From the NCBI GenBank assembly GCA_052390615.1, contig JBQTGT010000010.1, positions 4,639 through 68,638 of the forward strand: a stretch of DNA of 64,000 nucleotides, in the 5' to 3' direction. The notes under the pieces are model-generated. The model was not told the DNA's origin and did not search any database. It was given only the letters and a program-made list of their open reading frames with translations. Below are positions 60,039-64,000 of the stretch, piece by piece. This DNA is from Actinomycetota bacterium. GTDB lineage: Bacteria > Actinomycetota > Acidimicrobiia > IMCC26256 > PALSA-610. Each line of letters starts with the position of its first letter. Within the stretch, counting starts at the first letter, position 1. Position numbers and translations under genes: made by a program.

Positions 60039-63000
60039 TCAGCCACGGGCGGCCGCCATAACGGCTTCGTCGACGTTCACGCCGCGCTCGATCGCATCGC
60101 GCTGGGCTTCCAGCACGCGCTTGTAGTCCTTCGGGAAGATCTTGGTGAAGCTGCCGACGTTGCTCCACCACCGCGACAGGATCCGCTCGGCGACCTCGGA
60201 GCCCGTCTCCTCCATGTGCATGGTGACGATGCCCCGCAGCCAGTCACGGTCGTCGTCGTCGAGCATGTCGATGTCGACCATGTCGCGGTTCATGCGCCGA
60301 TACAACGACTGGTCGGGATCCCACACGTACGCGAACCCACCCGACATGCCGGCGGCGAAGTTGCGACCGGTCGATCCGAGGATGACCGCGCGGCCACCGG
60401 TCATGTACTCGCACGCGTGGTCGCCGACGCCCTCGACGACGGCGGTGGCGCCCGAGTTGCGCACGCAGAATCGCTCTCCGACGATCCCGCGGATGAACGC
60501 GGTGCCGCCGGTCGCGCCGTAAAGGATAACGTTGCCGGCGATGATGTTCTCCTCCGCGACGAACTTCGCCGTACGCGGCGGCCGCGCCACGAGCGTGCCG
60601 CCCGAGAGACCCTTGCCGAAGTAGTCGTTGGCGTCGCCTTCGAGCCGCAGCGTGATGCCACGGGGCACGAACGCGCCGAAGCTCTGACCGGCAGAGCCGA
60701 GGAACGTCACGTCGATCGTGCCGTCGGGGAGCCCCGCGCCTCCGTGTAGCCGCGTCAGCTCGGATCCGAGCATCGTGCCGACGGTACGGTTCGTGTTGCG
60801 GATCTCGTACACGAGCTTCATCGGCTCACCGTCAGCGAGCGCGGGTCTGGCGTCGGCGATGAGCCGCCGGTCGAGCGCCTCCTCGAGCCCGTGGTCTTGG
60901 CCGCGCGAGCAGAAGAACGTCTGGCTGTACTTGTTGTTCGGCTGCGCGAGGATCGGCGAGAGGTCGAGGCCGTGCGCCTTCCAGTGGTCGAGCGCCGTGC
61001 GCGTGTCGAGCATCTCGACGTGACCGATCGCCTCTTGCATCGAGCGGAACCCGAGCGCGGCGAGCAGCTCGCGAACCTCCTGCGCGATGAACTCCATGAA
61101 GTTCACGACGAACTCGGGCTTGCCCGTGAACTTCTTGCGCAGCTCCGGGTTCTGTGTCGCGACACCGACCGGGCACGTGTCGAGGTGACAGACCCGCATC
61201 ATGATGCAGCCGCTGACCACGAGCGGCGCCGTCGCGAACCCGAACTCCTCCGCGCCGAGCAGCGCCGCGATCATCACGTCTCGGCCGGTCTTGAGCTGGC
61301 CGTCGACCTGCACGACGATGCGGTCCCGCAGCCCGTTCAACAACAGCGTCTGCTGCGTCTCGGCTAGACCGAGCTCCCACGGCGCGCCCGCGTGCTTGAT
61401 CGACGTGAGGCGCGCCGCCCCCGTGCCGCCGTCATGGCCAGAGATCAGGACCACGTCCGCGTGTGCCTTCGACACGCCGGCCGCGACGGTGCCGACACCG
61501 ATCTCCGCGACCAGCTTCACGTTGACGCGTGCGCGCGGGTTGGAGTTCTTCAGGTCGTGGATGAGCTGTTTCAGGTCCTCGATCGAATAGATGTCGTGAT
61601 GCGGCGGCGGTGAGATCAGCCCGACGCCCGGCGTCGAGTGCCGCGTCTTGGCGATCCACGGGTACACCTTGTGGCCAGGTAGCTCGCCCCCCTCGCCCGG
61701 TTTCGCGCCCTGCGCCATCTTGATCTGCAGGTCATCGGAGTTGACGAGGTACTCGCTCGTCACACCGAACCGGCCCGATGCCACTTGCTTGATCGCGCTG
61801 CGCGCGGAGTCACCGTTGGGTTTCGGCACGTAGCGGTCGGGATCCTCCCCGCCCTCACCTGTATTCGACCGTGCGCCGAGCCGGTTCATCGCAACCGCGA
61901 GCGTCTCGTGCGCTTCCCGACTGATCGACCCGTAGCTCATCGCGCCGGTCGAGAATCGCTTGACGATCTCGGCGACCGGCTCGACCTCGTCGATCGGAAC
62001 CGGTGGGCGCGTGCCTTCCTTGAAGTTGAACAGCCCGCGCAGCGTTGCCAGGCGCTTCGCCTGGTCGTCGACGAGCTTGGTGTATTCCTTGAAGACCTCG
62101 TAGCGGCCGGTGCGCGTCGAGTGTTGCAGCTTGTAGACGGTCTCCGGATTGAACAGGTGGTACTCACCCTCGCGCCGCCATTGGTACTCGCCGCCGACCG
62201 GCAGCTCTCGATGCGCGAGCTCTTCGGGCCGGTCCGGATATGCGATCGCGTGTCGCGACGCGACCTCTCGTGCGATCACATCGAGGTCGATGCCCTCGAT
62301 GCGTGATGCGCAGCCAGTGAAGTACTCGTCGACGAGCTCCTTGCGAAGCCCGACTGCTTCGAAGATCTGCGCTCCGGTGTACGACGCGACCGTCGAGATG
62401 CCCATCTTGGACATCACCTTGAGGATGCCTTTCCCCGCCGCCTTGACGTAGTTCTTTATCGCGGCCCGTTCGGTGAGTCCTGTCAGAACGCCTTCCCGGC
62501 ACAGATCACGGATCGTGTCGAACGCAAGGTACGGATTGATCGCGCCCGCTCCAAAACCGAGCAGCAGGCAGAAATGGTGTATCTCGCGCGCCTCGCCGGT
62601 CTCGACCACGAGCCCGACGCGCGTCCGCGTCTTCTCGCGCACCAGATGGTGGTGCACGGCGGCAGTGATCAGCAGCGCCGGGATCGGCGCGCTGTCGGAG
62701 TCCGCATAACGGTCCGAAAGGATGACGACGTTGGCGCCCCCACGGATCGCGTCACTGACCTGGGTGCGCACGTTGTCGATCGCCATACGCAGGCCGTCGC
62801 CACCATCGGCCACCGCGTAGTGGCAGTACACCGTGACCGGCGTGAAGCCCGGTACCGCGTTCTCCGGCGCGTCGACGTAGCGCAGCTTGGCGAGCTCCTC
62901 GTTGGTGAGAATCGGGCTCGGGCACACGATCTGTCGGCACGATTCCGCACCGGGCGCGAGCAGGTTGCCCTCGGGTCCGATCGTGGAGTTGAGTGACGTC

Positions 63001-64000
63001 ACGAGCACTTCGAAGTTCGCGTCGAGCGGCGGGTTCGTCACCTGCGCAAACAGCTGCTTGAAGTACTCGTACAGCATGCGGGGCCGATCGGAGATCACCG
63101 GCACCGGCGTGTCTGTGCCCATCGACCCGAGCGACTCGATGGCGTTGCGGGCCATCGGCGCGATGATCAGCCGCAGGTCCTCTTGCGTGTAGCCGAACAT
63201 GCGCTGCTGTTGCACCGCCGACGAATGTTGCGGCACGAGCGGAAACTGCGGGGGCACGTCTTCGAGGTGCACGAGCCCGGCGTCGAGCCACTCTTGGTAC
63301 GGCAGCTCGGCCGCGAGGTCGGCCTTGATCTCCTCGTCGGGGATGATCCGGCCCTTCGTCGTGTCGACGAGGAAGATCTTGCCCGGTTCGAGGCGACCCT
63401 TCTTGACGATGTGCTCGGGCGCGACGTCGAGCACGCCGACCTCGGACGCCATGATGACAAGTCCTGCGTCCGTCACCCAATACCGCGACGGCCGTAGGCC
63501 GTTGCGGTCGAGCACCGCGCCGATCACGGTGCCGTCGGTGAATGCAATCGACGCGGGCCCGTCCCACGGCTCCATCAGCGACGCGTGGTAGCGGTAGAAG
63601 GCCTTGCGACCGGCGTCCATCGACTCGTGGTTCTCCCACGCTTCGGGGATCATCATGAGGATCGCGTGGTGCAGCGGTCGTCCCGCGAGGTTCAACAGCT
63701 CCAATGCCTCGTCGAAGCGCGCTGTGTCGGACGCGCCCGGCGTGCAGATCGGGTACGCGCGCGCCAAGTCGCCCGGCAACACATCCGATTTCATGACGCC
63801 CTCGCGGGCACGCATCCAGTTCTCGTTGCCCTGCACTGTGTTGATTTCGCCGTTGTGGGCGAGCATCCGATACGGGTGCGCGAGCGGCCACGACGGGAAC
63901 GTGTTCGTGCTGAACCGCGAGTGCACGAGGCACAGCGCCGACTCCAAGCGCTCGTCGCGCACGTCGACGAAGAACGCGGGTACCTGGTCGGGCGTTAGCA
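60039..64000 (-). CDS. gltB: Glutamate synthase large subunit (N-terminus lies beyond the window edge)
   Basis: Contains [26 protein letters not shown] and [10 protein letters not shown], with the C-terminal GXGXG-repeat domain. The frame is still open at 64000. Confidence 0.9.
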   Translation of the reverse strand, partial: LTPDQVPAFFVDVRDERLESALCLVHSRFSTNTFPSWPLAHPYRMLAHNGEINTVQGNENWMRAREGVMKSDVLPGDLARAYPICTPGASDTARFDEALELLNLAGRPLHHAILMMIPEAWENHESMDAGRKAFYRYHASLMEPWDGPASIAFTDGTVIGAVLDRNGLRPSRYWVTDAGLVIMASEVGVLDVAPEHIVKKGRLEPGKIFLVDTTKGRIIPDEEIKADLAAELPYQEWLDAGLVHLEDVPPQFPLVPQHSSAVQQQRMFGYTQEDLRLIIAPMARNAIESLGSMGTDTPVPVISDRPRMLYEYFKQLFAQVTNPPLDANFEVLVTSLNSTIGPEGNLLAPGAESCRQIVCPSPILTNEELAKLRYVDAPENAVPGFTPVTVYCHYAVADGGDGLRMAIDNVRTQVSDAIRGGANVVILSDRYADSDSAPIPALLITAAVHHHLVREKTRTRVGLVVETGEAREIHHFCLLLGFGAGAINPYLAFDTIRDLCREGVLTGLTERAAIKNYVKAAGKGILKVMSKMGISTVASYTGAQIFEAVGLRKELVDEYFTGCASRIEGIDLDVIAREVASRHAIAYPDRPEELAHRELPVGGEYQWRREGEYHLFNPETVYKLQHSTRTGRYEVFKEYTKLVDDQAKRLATLRGLFNFKEGTRPPVPIDEVEPVAEIVKRFSTGAMSYGSISREAHETLAVAMNRLGARSNTGEGGEDPDRYVPKPNGDSARSAIKQVASGRFGVTSEYLVNSDDLQIKMAQGAKPGEGGELPGHKVYPWIAKTRHSTPGVGLISPPPHHDIYSIEDLKQLIHDLKNSNPRARVNVKLVAEIGVGTVAAGVSKAHADVVLISGHDGGTGAARLTSIKHAGAPWELGLAETQQTLLLNGLRDRIVVQVDGQLKTGRDVMIAALLGAEEFGFATAPLVVSGCIMMRVCHLDTCPVGVATQNPELRKKFTGKPEFVVNFMEFIAQEVRELLAALGFRSMQEAIGHVEMLDTRTALDHWKAHGLDLSPILAQPNNKYSQTFFCSRGQDHGLEEALDRRLIADARPALADGEPMKLVYEIRNTNRTVGTMLGSELTRLHGGAGLPDGTIDVTFLGSAGQSFGAFVPRGITLRLEGDANDYFGKGLSGGTLVARPPRTAKFVAEENIIAGNVILYGATGGTAFIRGIVGERFCVRNSGATAVVEGVGDHACEYMTGGRAVILGSTGRNFAAGMSGGFAYVWDPDQSLYRRMNRDMVDIDMLDDDDRDWLRGIVTMHMEETGSEVAERILSRWWSNVGSFTKIFPKDYKRVLEAQRDAIERGVNVDEAVMAAARG

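Noticed and set aside
1-64000. I looked for rRNA, tRNA, CRISPR arrays, IS elements, integrases, prophage blocks and known defence-system genes.
   Set aside because: I saw no cloverleaf-like or rRNA-like low-GC conserved stretches, no direct-repeat/spacer arrays, and no transposase, integrase or recombinase-like translations in any frame. Without tRNAscan-SE or Infernal this is only a by-eye negative.

Overview
This is a high-GC (roughly 69-70%) actinobacterial-type chromosomal segment. It is densely coding, with about 60 protein genes on both strands. By eye I found no rRNA, tRNA, CRISPR array, transposase or integrase. All calls below come from reading the translations, motifs and third-position GC; no searches were run.

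Most of the window is core or accessory metabolism:
- a GlnA-like ligase with a PuuD-like hydrolase
- acyl-CoA ligase, SDRs, thiolase and two acyl-CoA dehydrogenases
- three LLM/F420-type oxidoreductases and two aldehyde dehydrogenases
- gpmA, and gltB/gltD (gltB runs off the 3' edge of the window)
- Ku plus a stand-alone LigD polymerase domain
- an envelope cluster (GT39-like, a membrane protein, and an OafA-like acyltransferase with an SGNH domain)

The most unusual loci are:
1. A TetR-led HAAT-type ABC operon (23911-31675). Its ATPase gene is a single 1007-codon ORF that fuses an MFS-like 12-TM domain to LivF-like and LivG-like ATPase domains. It sits next to a fused LivH-LivM permease and an atypical membrane-anchored binding protein.
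2. A translationally overlapping pair of a DUF4097 beta-repeat protein and a sensor-less class III cyclase (22114-23297). Related to this are a truncated second cyclase domain (about 16505-16837) and a near-consensus CRP-type site upstream of an S8 protease.
3. That S8 protease ends in six W-x-G-A-R-W-R-D decapeptide repeats.
4. A full-length YceH (DUF480) homolog fused to an aldehyde dehydrogenase.
5. A Rieske domain fused to a roughly 470-aa unknown domain, divergent from a Cys-rich SufR-like regulator.
6. Several structured or repeated intergenic elements: a tandem 61-bp palindromic unit at 1233-1344, a 29-nt element shared by 6780 and 60002, and a 12-bp perfect inverted repeat over a start codon at 49471.
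7. Two gene remnants (SDR and crotonase) and a four-gene cluster of uncharacterised proteins (55966-58520) containing tandem paralogs.
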